This document shows, piece after piece, positions 17,761 through 26,100 of a stretch of 64,000 nucleotides of DNA. The notes beneath the pieces are model-generated. The model was not told where the DNA came from and ran no database searches. It worked only from the letters and a program-made list of their open reading frames with translations. The translations under genes and the position numbers were made by a program. How positions within the stretch are numbered: position 1 is the first letter of the stretch; each line of letters opens with the position of its first letter. The DNA is from an uncultured Acidimicrobiales bacterium (GTDB lineage: Bacteria > Actinomycetota > Acidimicrobiia > Acidimicrobiales > SZUA-35), in NCBI GenBank assembly GCA_963717115.1, contig CAVQVO010000017.1, positions 792,109 to 856,108 on the forward strand, written 5' to 3'.

Positions 17761-19400
17761 GTGATGAACGCCTCGGAACGTGTGCAGTCGGTCGGCTCGA
17801 TCCCGGCCTACGACGCCATCGTCATCGGCGCAGGATTCGGCGGGCTCTACGCCCTCTACCACCTGCGTGACGAGATGGGCTTGTCGGTTCGGGCCTTCGA
17901 CGGAGCGAGCGACGTCGGGGGCACGTGGTGGTACAACCGGTACCCGGGCGCCCGGGTCGACGCGCCGAGCAGTCCGTTCTACGCCTACACGTTCAGTCAA
18001 GAGCTGGTCGACGAGTGGGTCTGGCCCGAGACGCAGAGCACACAGGCCGATGTCCTCGCCTACGTCGAACACGTCGCCGACCGGTTCGACCTCCGCAAGG
18101 ACATCCAGTTCGACACCTTCGTGACCGACGCCCGGTACGACGAGGACCTCCAGCGCTGGACCATCGAGACCGACGGCGGTGAGCAGGCAACCGCCCGGTT
18201 CCTGATCTGCGCCGTCGGGGCGCTCTTCGTCGCCAACAAGCCCGATTATCCCGGCATCGACGACTTCACCGGAGACGTCCACCACACCGGTCGTTGGCCG
18301 CACGAACCGGTGTCGTTCGAAGGCAAGCGGGTCGGGGTGATCGGCACCGGCTCGTCGGGTGTCCAGTCGATTCCGCAGATCGCGAAGACCGCCGACCACG
18401 TCACCGTCTTCCAACGCACGCCCCAATACGCGCTTCCCGCCCGCAACCGACCGCTGCCCGAGGAGGACCTCGAACAGTACCGGAAGGACTGGGACGACCT
18501 CCGGGCTTCGATGCGACGCCGGGGTGGCTGGCCGTTCCCGACGAGCAAGTTGCGAGCCGCCGACCACACGTTCGAAGAACGCCGGCAGCGCTACGAGGAG
18601 ATGTGGGAACGGGGCGGCATCCACCTCGCGATCAACAGCTTCGCCGGCGTCTACTCCGACGAGGAGCTGAACGAGGAGATCGCCGAGTTCGTCCGGAACA
18701 AGATCCGCGACATCGTCGAGGATCCCGAAACCGCCCGAGAAGCTGATGCCGAGCTATGCCTTCGGAACGAAGCGACTCATCCTCGACAACGACTACTTCG
18801 AGACCTACAACCGGGACAACGTCACCTTGGTCGACCTGCGCGACGAGCCGATCGAAACGTTCAGCGAGACCGGTGTCCGCACGGCCGATCGGCGAGCATC
18901 CGATCGACATGCTGGTGCTCGCCACCGGATTCGACGCGGTCAGTGGCTCGATGCTCCAGCTCAATCCGAAGGGTCGAGGCGGGGTCCCATTGAAGGAGAA
19001 GTGGGCGGAGCGCTTCGACAACCACCTCGGGATGACCATCGCCGGCTACCCGAACCTGTTCATGATCCACGGTCCGGGCGCTCCCGGGGTGTTCTTCACC
19101 ATGCCCCTCGGTGCCGAGCTGCAGACGGCATGGATCGAGTCCTGCATCCGCCACCTCGACGAAGCCGGTCTCGGTGCCATGGAGGCGACCGAGGCTGCCG
19201 AGGCGAGCTGGGACGCCGAGATCAACGCGATCGCGAACCGGACGCTCTATCCCCGAACCGATTCCTGGTACATGGGCGCGAACGTCCCCGGCAAGCCTCG
19301 CCAGTTCCTCGGCCACCTCATGGGCTCGCAGTACTTCGACCGCCTGGCCGAGGTTGCCGAGGGGGGCTTCGAGGACTTCGTGTTCGAGAAGCGACGCTAG
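17761..19400 (+). pseudogene. Baeyer-Villiger flavin monooxygenase (cyclohexanone-monooxygenase-like), interrupted by two +1 frame disruptions
   Basis: FAD motif GAGFGG, then ...DVGGTWWYNRYPGARVD..., and NADPH motif GTGSSG. The protein continues across three frames. Frame 1 runs to ~18735. Frame 2 runs ~18736-18889 (KLMPSYAFGTKRLILDNDYFETYNRDNVTLVDL...). Frame 3 runs from ~18891 (GEHPIDMLVLATGFDAVSG...). Removing one C in GCCC (18734-18736) and the C at 18890 restores a single ~545-aa ORF. Total length 1640 = 1638 + 2. Confidence 0.8.
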
Positions 19401-19456
19401 GTGTTTCGAGGCTTCGTCGAGGGGGCGAAGGGATGCGGCGCATCGCTCGCGTCGGC

Positions 19457-20131
19457 TCAGGCGGCGACGGCGTAGACGACCCAGTTGGACTCGTAGCTCC
19501 GTTCGGAGCGGTCGAACTCGCCGCCGCAGGTCACCAGCCGAAGCGTCGGCGCGGCACTGGCCCCGTAGACCCGCTCGGTCGGGAACGAATCCTTGTCGTA
19601 GAGACCCTTGTCGACGACCCTGAACGGTTGCTCGCGGCCGAGGTCGTCGATCACGACGACCTCGTCGCCCTGCTCCAATTCCTGCAGGCGGAAGAAGACC
19701 GCCGGTCCGTTGTGGTCGTCGACGTGTCCGACGATGACGGTCGGTCCTGCTTCGTCGGCAACGGTCCCACCGGCCCACCATCCGGCGACGTCGAAGTCGG
19801 TCGGCGTTTCGAGCGCCCCGTCATCGGTGAGCCCGAGATCGACGATCGATGCCTCGACCCCGATCGAGGGGATGACGACCCGGCGCGGGGGTGCGATGAC
19901 CGGTTTCGTCGTGGGAACGGCCGGCTCCGTGGTCGGCGTGAAGGCGGCCCCTCCGACACCGGCCCGCAGATCGCGGACGTCGGCGCCGCCGAACGCTGTC
20001 TCCGGCGACGGCACGGTGGCCGGCGGCGCGGCGGCCGAGTCGGATCGATCCGGCCGCGAACAAGCGACCGCACACAAGGCGGCCGCCACGACAACCGTGA
20101 CGGCCGCCCAACGGCGAGCAGGAGGGATCAC
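19457..20131 (-). CDS. Sortase (class F-like transpeptidase)
   Basis: His motif VIVGHVD and the active-site motif TLRLVTCGG. N-terminal membrane anchor AAVTVVVAAALCAVAC. The GTG at 20131 overlaps the TGA of the upstream gene (GTGA). Confidence 0.8.
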   Translation of the reverse strand: MIPPARRWAAVTVVVAAALCAVACSRPDRSDSAAAPPATVPSPETAFGGADVRDLRAGVGGAAFTPTTEPAVPTTKPVIAPPRRVVIPSIGVEASIVDLGLTDDGALETPTDFDVAGWWAGGTVADEAGPTVIVGHVDDHNGPAVFFRLQELEQGDEVVVIDDLGREQPFRVVDKGLYDKDSFPTERVYGASAAPTLRLVTCGGEFDRSERSYESNWVVYAVAA

Positions 20132-20901
20132 GCCCGGCGACGACGCACACCCGTGGTGACTGCGAGCACACCGACCCCGGCGGCGACGACCCACAGGGCC
20201 GACGAGGAACCGGCTGCATCGGGGTTGCCCGCGGCCGTGCCCCCGGCCCCGGCGGCCACGGCCCCGGCGGGCGTCATGCCGGCCGCGACCAGCGTGGCGC
20301 AGCCCGCCGGAATGGTGGCCTCGAGCGGGAGCGACGGGTCGAGCGAGCTCGGAGCGTCGCCGTCGTACTCGCCGCTTCCGTCGAGATCGATGCCGTGCAC
20401 GACGACGATCATGTTCTCCATGTTGTCGGCGAGCTCCTGGGGCACCTCGATCGTGCGGCTGTACTCGTAGCCCCCGCCGCTGGCGACGGGGAAGCTCGCG
20501 ATCGCGAGCGCATACGATTCGTCGGTCGGACCTTCGAGGACCAAGGAGGCCTTGACGGTGCCGTAGGACGGCACCCCCTCGACCGTGCTGAGGAGCCCGT
20601 CACCGTCGGAGTCGAGGTCGGCGGCCGGGCAGGTGTTCTCGGCCCCGTACTCGCCGTGGAAGTGCTGCGCGTGGACCAGGTCGACGACTCCGGCGACGTC
20701 GAGGGTGACCTCGGCACTGGTGCCGGTGAGCGTCACACTCACCTCGCCGCTGAGCCCGGAATCGTTGAGTTGGCCGAACGTTCCCGTGAATTCCTCGGTG
20801 TCCTGGGCCCCGGCGGGCGAGGCTGCGACCAGGGCGAGCGCCGCTCCGGCGGCCAGGCCTCGGACGAGGTCGCGTCGAAGCGAAAGTGGTGCGATGTGCA
20901 T
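20128..20901 (-). CDS. CHRD-domain secreted protein with C-terminal hydrophobic segment plus RRRRA tail (sortase-substrate-like)
   Basis: Signal peptide ...AGAALALVAASPAGAQD. CHRD-like blocks VHAQHFHGE, EGVPSYG, YEYSRTIEVP, VVVHGIDLDGSGEYDG and LDPSLPLEATIPAGC. The C-terminus is ...GNPDAAGSSSALWVVAAGVGVLAVTTGVRRRRA. Confidence 0.7.
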   Translation of the reverse strand: MHIAPLSLRRDLVRGLAAGAALALVAASPAGAQDTEEFTGTFGQLNDSGLSGEVSVTLTGTSAEVTLDVAGVVDLVHAQHFHGEYGAENTCPAADLDSDGDGLLSTVEGVPSYGTVKASLVLEGPTDESYALAIASFPVASGGGYEYSRTIEVPQELADNMENMIVVVHGIDLDGSGEYDGDAPSSLDPSLPLEATIPAGCATLVAAGMTPAGAVAAGAGGTAAGNPDAAGSSSALWVVAAGVGVLAVTTGVRRRRA

Positions 20902-21068
20902 GATGAGTTCCCTCTCGTTGAGACGGCCACGGTCGTGGCCGCCGCTTTCCTTGGAATCAACCTAGGGCACCGATCGCCGGGCGGCGAGCGCCCGGGGTCC
21001 CGGTCCTTCGTCTCGGTGGGAAGAACGGGGCCGGGTTCGTCGGAGATCGTCGTCGAACACCACCTGCA

Positions 21069-21692
21069 TCATTCGACCCGGGTGAAGAGGTAGGCGAACG
21101 CCGACCTCGTGTAGCCGACGGCCCGGTTGGTCCGATGGAGGGACTCGGCCGTGACGGTCTGCTGCTTCTTGGGAATCAGGTACGTGTCGAGTTCGGTGAT
21201 GTCCACCCGGTAGTCACCGGAGCCGGAGACCACCACGCCGGTGAGCGAGTAGCGGGGGTCGATCGACGCCATCGCGGCGTCGCCGTGACTGGGGTTCACG
21301 AGGAGGGTGCCACCGACCTCCAGATGTTGCGTGCAGTGCTCGCTGACGAAGCCGGCGTAGAGCGAAACGAGCAGGTCGAAGGGCCCCTCGGGGAGGTCGA
21401 GGGACTGGGTGTAGTCGGCGTGGATGAACGTGATGTCGGGGTCGGGTGGGCCCTGGTGTTCGGCGATGATCTCGAGGACGCCGTCGGTGTCGGCGAAGAA
21501 CGCCGACGCCCGTTTGTCGACATCGAGGTAGGTGACCGAGTCGAAGACGAACGATGGGGCGAGATCGACGTAGCTACCGGGATACAGGACGGTGGTGGCA
21601 TCGATGGCCCGATCGACGGCGGCGAAGAGGCGCCATCGATCTCCTCGGTGTTGGTCCTGCTTCGCCCATCGTTCGGCGGTGGACGGTCTCAT
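21069..21692 (-). CDS. Hypothetical protein, Rossmann/methyltransferase-like (tentative)
   Basis: Motif ...TTVLYPGSYVDLAPSFVFDSVTYLDVDK...FDLLVSLYAG...LEVGGTLLVN. I prefer the ATG at 21692. The longer ORF to 21848 adds an acidic DDDEDDDEDD tract and overlaps the divergent rlmM-like start. Confidence 0.5.
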   Translation of the reverse strand: MRPSTAERWAKQDQHRGDRWRLFAAVDRAIDATTVLYPGSYVDLAPSFVFDSVTYLDVDKRASAFFADTDGVLEIIAEHQGPPDPDITFIHADYTQSLDLPEGPFDLLVSLYAGFVSEHCTQHLEVGGTLLVNPSHGDAAMASIDPRYSLTGVVVSGSGDYRVDITELDTYLIPKKQQTVTAESLHRTNRAVGYTRSAFAYLFTRVE

Positions 21693-21837
21693 CGCGGTCC
21701 GCCCGTGGATCTCCGGCTCGCGCTCGTCATCGGCGGCGTCGTCTTCATCGTCGTCTTCATCGTCGTCCAGGATGCCGTGCCCGACCGGTGTTGCCGGGAC
21801 CCGTCGGGTGTCGGTCGACAACGGGCAGGATGGGGAC

Positions 21838-22752
21838 ATGGTGCTCACCGGCTATCTGGCCCCGGTCGACCTCGACCACGAACTGGCCGACGAGCTCGCC
21901 GTGGCCGGCGTCGGCGTCGAGTCCCGTCACGATCGCCTGTTCCTGTCGCCCGACCCGGCCATCGAGGCTCGCTGGGCGGCCAACGTCTGGCACGATGTCG
22001 AGCGGATCCCGATCGACTCGATCGCCGGCGCCGCCCGGGAACTGCGCGATCGGCAACGCAACTGGGCGAGCTATCTGCCCGATCACGCCGGCCGGGGCCG
22101 CCTGATCGCCGCGAAGCTGCCGCATGTCTCGGCCAAGCCGCTCGAGCTGGGGAGCCACGCACCGGAGGCTCCGCTCGGGTCGTGGATGCTGCTCGAACCA
22201 TCGCTGATGCTGGCTGCAGCCAACTGCTCGGACCCATTTCCCAACGGCGTCCCCCGGATCGCCGAACGACGGGTGGGCCCGCCGAGCCGCGCCTATCTGA
22301 AGCTGTGGGAGGCGCTGGCTCGGGCCCGTCGCTGGCCGAAGCCCGGCGAGCACTGCCTCGACCTCGGCGCGAGTCCCGGTGGCTGGACCTGGCTGGTCGC
22401 CCAGACCGGGGCCGAGGTGACCGCGGTCGACAAGGCGGCCCTGACCGACGACGTGGCCCGTCTGGCCAACGTCGGGTGGCAGCAGGGTTCGGCGTTCGCG
22501 CTCGATCCGAGGGATCGACCGACGGTCGACTGGTTGTTCAGCGACATCATCTGTTACCCGGAACGACTGCTCGGACTGATCGAGCGATGGATCGAGTCGG
22601 GGTCGGTTCGCAATGTCGTGTGCACGATCAAGTTCCAGGGACCAACCGACTTCGATGCCATCGACCGGTTCGCCGCCATCGCTCGAAGCGACGTCCGCCA
22701 TCTCCACCACAACAAACACGAGCTGACCTTCACGCTCCTCGACATCGTCTGA
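21838..22752 (+). CDS. rlmM: 23S rRNA 2'-O-ribose (C2498) methyltransferase RlmM-like
   Basis: Motif ...SRAYLKLWEAL...CLDLGASPGGWTWLV...DIICYP...CTIKFQG...LHHNKHELT. Confidence 0.7.
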   Translation: MVLTGYLAPVDLDHELADELAVAGVGVESRHDRLFLSPDPAIEARWAANVWHDVERIPIDSIAGAARELRDRQRNWASYLPDHAGRGRLIAAKLPHVSAKPLELGSHAPEAPLGSWMLLEPSLMLAAANCSDPFPNGVPRIAERRVGPPSRAYLKLWEALARARRWPKPGEHCLDLGASPGGWTWLVAQTGAEVTAVDKAALTDDVARLANVGWQQGSAFALDPRDRPTVDWLFSDIICYPERLLGLIERWIESGSVRNVVCTIKFQGPTDFDAIDRFAAIARSDVRHLHHNKHELTFTLLDIV

Positions 22753-22756
22753 GCCC

Positions 22757-22845
22757 TCAGTCCCCAAGCACACCGAGAGGGTCACCAGGGCCCAGGCGAC
22801 GATGCCGCCGGAGCGGGCCACGAACCACCAGATCTGTTCGTTCAC
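22757..22845 (-). pseudogene. Truncated 5' remnant of a ferric-reductase-like transmembrane protein gene (about 28 codons)
   Basis: The GTG at 22845 overlaps the inferred apbE stop (GTGA). It encodes VNEQIWWFVARSGGIVAWALVTLSVCLG, which resembles the first TM helix of ferric-reductase-domain partners of ApbE. From ~22757 the frame simply continues antisense to rlmM, which ends at 22752. Confidence 0.35.
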
Positions 22846-23807
22846 GAGCGAGCCCCTCGGATGGCGGTGCCGACCAGGACCGGAGCCAGTGGCGGCCTCG
22901 GTCGAGTACACCGCTCCATCGGCCGTCACGGCGATACCTGGAGTCCCGAGGGATCGGAGCACGTCGAGGGCGCTCGTCGGATCCGGCCATGAGGGCGACC
23001 TTGGCCGCGACTTCGGCCCACCACGCATGAGGCGGCGCAGGTCGTGACCGAGACCAGGTCGGTGACGGCTGATCGACCGGTCTTCGGGTCGAGGAGATGG
23101 TGACGTTCGTCCTCCCCGGCGATCCACCGCCGACGGAGCGTGCTGCTTGTCGCGACCGCACCGGCCACTGTCGAGAACGTTGCGATCTCGGCGCGGTCGT
23201 CGAACGGGTCGGCGACCTGGATGCGCCATTCGGGTCCGAACCAGGGTCGGCCGCTGAATCGCAGATCCCCACCGAGCTCTACCGAGGTGCAGGTGGCCCC
23301 GTTGGCGACCAGGAACTCGGTGGCGAGGTCGGCCGCCAGGCCCTTGCCGATGCCACCAGGGTCGAACGCGGTGCCGGCAGGAATACGGACGCCGTTCACC
23401 GGAGGAAGGAGGTCGATCGCCTCGGTGGATCCGGGTCCGGATGTCGATCGAGTCGAGCCGGGAGCCGACCATCGCGACCGATCGCCGGACGTCGACCGCT
23501 CATGCCACGGCCCGTCGTAGCCGAGTTGCTCGAAGCTGGCCGAGCATCAGCGGGTTGAACCGTCCCAGCGGTGCGTTCCCGGGCCTCGACCGCTCGGGAG
23601 ACCAGCTCGAAGGTCTCGCGGTGACACGATGCTCAGGTCGCCGGCATCGCGATTGAGTCTCGAGATCTCGCTGTCGGGCCGGAAGCGACTCCAGCGCCGT
23701 TCCAGATCGGCGATGAGTTCGTGGGCGTTGGTCACGAGCTCATCGGGGCCGCCGTCGACGACCAGTCGGCACGGACTGCCCATGGCTCGGAACTCGAGGG
23801 TTCGCAC
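22842..23807 (-). pseudogene. apbE: FAD:protein FMN transferase (ApbE), readable only with about six +1 frame shifts
   Basis: ApbE blocks are spread over all three frames, in this order: RTLEFRAMGSPCRLVV...SEISRLNRDAGDLSIVSP | ETFELVSRAVEARERTAG | RFNPLMLGQL | EQLGYD...VNGVRIPAGTAFDPGGIGKGLAADLA...HHLLDPKTGRS...VSVT | PAPPHAWWAEVAAKVALMAGSDE | ALDVLRSLGTPGIAVTADGAVYST. Inferred extra bases lie near 23618, 23563, 23532, 23042 and 22972, with one more between ~22860 and 22900. Confidence 0.7.
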
Positions 23808-23808
23808 G

Positions 23809-24404
23809 TCAGCCGCTGGCCTGGGTGCGGGGCGGGGGTGTCGTCGCCGGAGCGGTGGTCGGCCGGGCGTTGGGGGTGGAGCCGTGGTGAGCGGGGTCGT
23901 GGTCGGTGCCGCGGTTGGCGACGGCGCAGACGGATATCGGTGCCGGGGCTGGGCGCGGGTGCCGGGCGTGAGCGGAGCGGCGGTTGTCGGCGAGATGGCG
24001 CGCGGCGGTCGGGGCCGGTGTGGCTGCGGTGCGTCCCGCCGACGAGGCGGTCACCGAGGTCGACGCCGTCGATCCCGGCACGACGGCGGCGACCGACGAT
24101 GGTGGGGCCCCGGCGGCATCGAGGGCACCGACGGCGGTCGGGTCGGCGAGGCCCGGATCGGCCGTTGCGGGGTCGATGACGAACGCCAACTCGTCGGGTG
24201 TCAACGGGGTGCCGTCGGGATGGACGTAGTGCGGAACGACCTCGATCACGACCTCGGTCGGCGTGGGACATCACGCTGGAGGTCAATCCCGTTCTCGGCG
24301 GCGCTCGGGCGGCGTCGTCGCTCTCGGAGGCCTCGGCCGTCAAGCGGCCCCATGGCGACGACCATGGCGACGAACGACACCAGCGAGGTCCCGGTCGTCG
24401 CCAC
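23809..24404 (-). other. Unresolved coding region: membrane-anchored Pro/Ala/Thr-rich protein, reading frame not determinable
   Basis: A TM-like start VATTGTSLVSFVAMVVAMGPL (GTG 24404) lies in one frame. ...EVVIEVVPHYVHPDGTPLTPDELAFVIDPATADPGLADP... lies in another (ORF 23809..24249). PT-rich low-complexity sequence is open in all frames, and one frame runs straight into the apbE start. Confidence 0.25.
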
Positions 24405-24545
24405 TCGGGTCAGCTGACGGTTTCGTCGGCCTGATCGACCGGGCCGTGGGCGATGGCCGGGTGTCCGAGCTCGGTCTTCGGAGCCGATTGGGTCCGTCGG
24501 GCGGCGAGTGCGGCCAGGCGATCCTCGGTGGACGGTTCGGTCATG

Positions 24546-25277
24546 TCAACGCTCCGTCTTCACGTCGAGGCGCCCGTTCCGACGGATCAGTTCGAACTTG
24601 GCTTCGCCCTCGCCGCCCGAGACCCTCCGGAACTTGAGTTCGACGACGTCGGCTCGGTCTTTCTCGACCAGGTAGGCCCAGCCGGGGGCCGGCGTCGCCG
24701 ACCAGAACTCCAACCGCTGTCCGTCGTGATCTGCCACCACGATCTCGGCGACCCCCTCGAAGGTGTACGAGAGGTATTCGGTGTTCGTGCTCGTCGTCGT
24801 CGTGACCGGCGTGGTCGGCGACGCCGTCGAGGCGGGAGCGGCGGACGTCGGCGGTGGTATCGGCGCCGGAGGTGGGGCCGGTGATCGGTGCGATGGTCGC
24901 GACGGGAGCGACCTGATTCGGTGAGGTCGTCCGACCGGGTGCCGTCGTCGAGGACGGGACGGGCAACGCGGCCGGGCACTGCGATGGGGGGCGTGGCGCT
25001 CGGGACCGGCGAGGAACCCGGATCGTCGGGACGCGGCCGGCAACTCCGATTCGGCCGGCGGCAGCTCACACGGTGACCCCGGGCACGGGAACGTCGACGA
25101 CGACCTGACGAACGTCGGGTTCGGCCGACGGGACCAGACGCGGCGGCGATCGGCGTCGTCAGCCTCGGGGGGCTGAGCGCCGAGGCTCATGACGCTGAGG
25201 TTGAGCCCGGCTGCGGTGGCGATGACGCCGAGCAGCAACGAACCGGCCTTCAACGAGATCGGGGGCGTGACGGCCAC
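24546..25277 (-). CDS. Secreted hypothetical protein with C-terminal ~55-aa beta-rich module shared with the anti-sigma factor
   Basis: AAGGAGG (25283-25289, minus strand) lies 5 nt before the GTG at 25277. Signal peptide VAVTPPISLKAGSLLLGVIATAAGLNLSVMSLGA. C-terminus ...TEYLSYTFEGVAEIVVADHDGQRLEFWSATPAPGWAYLVEKDRADVVELKFRRVSGGEGEAKFELIRRNGRLDVKTER. The Arg-rich middle part looks out of frame, so compensating shifts are possible. Confidence 0.55.
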   Translation of the reverse strand: MAVTPPISLKAGSLLLGVIATAAGLNLSVMSLGAQPPEADDADRRRVWSRRPNPTFVRSSSTFPCPGSPCELPPAESELPAASRRSGFLAGPERHAPHRSARPRCPSRPRRRHPVGRPHRIRSLPSRPSHRSPAPPPAPIPPPTSAAPASTASPTTPVTTTTSTNTEYLSYTFEGVAEIVVADHDGQRLEFWSATPAPGWAYLVEKDRADVVELKFRRVSGGEGEAKFELIRRNGRLDVKTER

Positions 25278-25350
25278 GGTGGCCTCCTTTCGCTGTCTAC
25301 ACGCCGCAGAGGGGCGCCGAGGTTTGGGGTCTGCGACGAACATCGCGGCA

Positions 25351-26100
25351 TCAGGCTCCTTCGGAGTCCACGTCGGTCCAGAGGATGCCCGTCGCGCACC
25401 TCGGCCCGGATCTCGCAGTGTCCGGACGGCCCTTCGAACGACACCTCGATCGATTCGGGTCCATCGTCCTTCTCGTCGGTTCCGTAGCCGTCGGTCGGTC
25501 GGGACTCGACCAGGGTGATGCGATCTCCTTCGGTGGTGACCACGACCGAGCCGCATGGACTGTCCGACGATGGACCGACCCGACGACGTGGTCGTGGTTG
25601 GAGCGCGGGCTCGTCGTCGTGGTCGGGTGCCGTGCTCGACGACGGCCCCGATGGTGCCCGGGGCCGCGGTGGTCGACGGAACCAGAACCGACGAGGCCGT
25701 GGTCGACCGGCGTGGTCGTTGCGATCGTGGTGGTCGGAGTCGGGGTCGTTCGGTCGATGTGTTCGCCACTCGACGGCGGAGTTGCGTCGGAACCACCGGG
25801 CGGCTCGGTCGGGAGCGGAGTGCTCGGTGCCGGGGACGTCGTTGGTCCGATCGTCGGGTTCGGGCGACACGGCCACGATGGTCGTTTCGGCTCTCGGACG
25901 TGTCGTCGACGAAGGCCGCCGCAGCGCCGGTGGTCATGACGACGGCGGCTGCTCCTGCCAGGCCGGTCCTCAGACGGCGGGTGCGTCGGGCCCGCCGGAG
26001 CGACGGACCGAGGCCGAGCAGCGCCGCATGAGGATCGGCGGTGTCGGGGATCGGCGGCGTCGATCCGATCCCGCAACCGGTCGTCGAACGAGTCAACCAT
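25351..26100 (-). pseudogene. Anti-sigma factor (single-pass membrane protein), frame-disrupted
   Basis: The ATG at 26100 overlaps the sigma-factor stop (26093-26095) by 8 nt. MVDSFDDRLRDRIDAADP is followed, after a +1 shift in a CCCC run (26046-26049 on plus), by DTADPHAALLGLGPSLRRARRTRRLRTGLAGAAAVVMTTGAAAAFV (TM). PT-rich linker pieces and the module ...GSVVVTTEGDRITLVESRPTDGYGTDEKDDGPESIEVSFEGPSGHCEIRAEVRDG lie in successive frames. Confidence 0.55.

Noticed and set aside
18730-18895. Programmed ribosomal frameshifting in the BVMO (and apbE) genes
   Set aside because: The gene would need two (respectively six) consecutive +1 events. No slippery heptamers or stimulatory structures are evident at the sites. 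Simple removal of one base restores the conserved protein sequence at each site.
21692-21848. Acidic DDDEDDDEDDAADDE N-terminal extension of the methyltransferase-like protein
   Set aside because: Using it would make the gene overlap the divergent rlmM-like start by 11 nt and leave no promoter space. The internal ATG at 21692 gives a compact Rossmann-like protein. The question stays open, but I do not prefer the extension.
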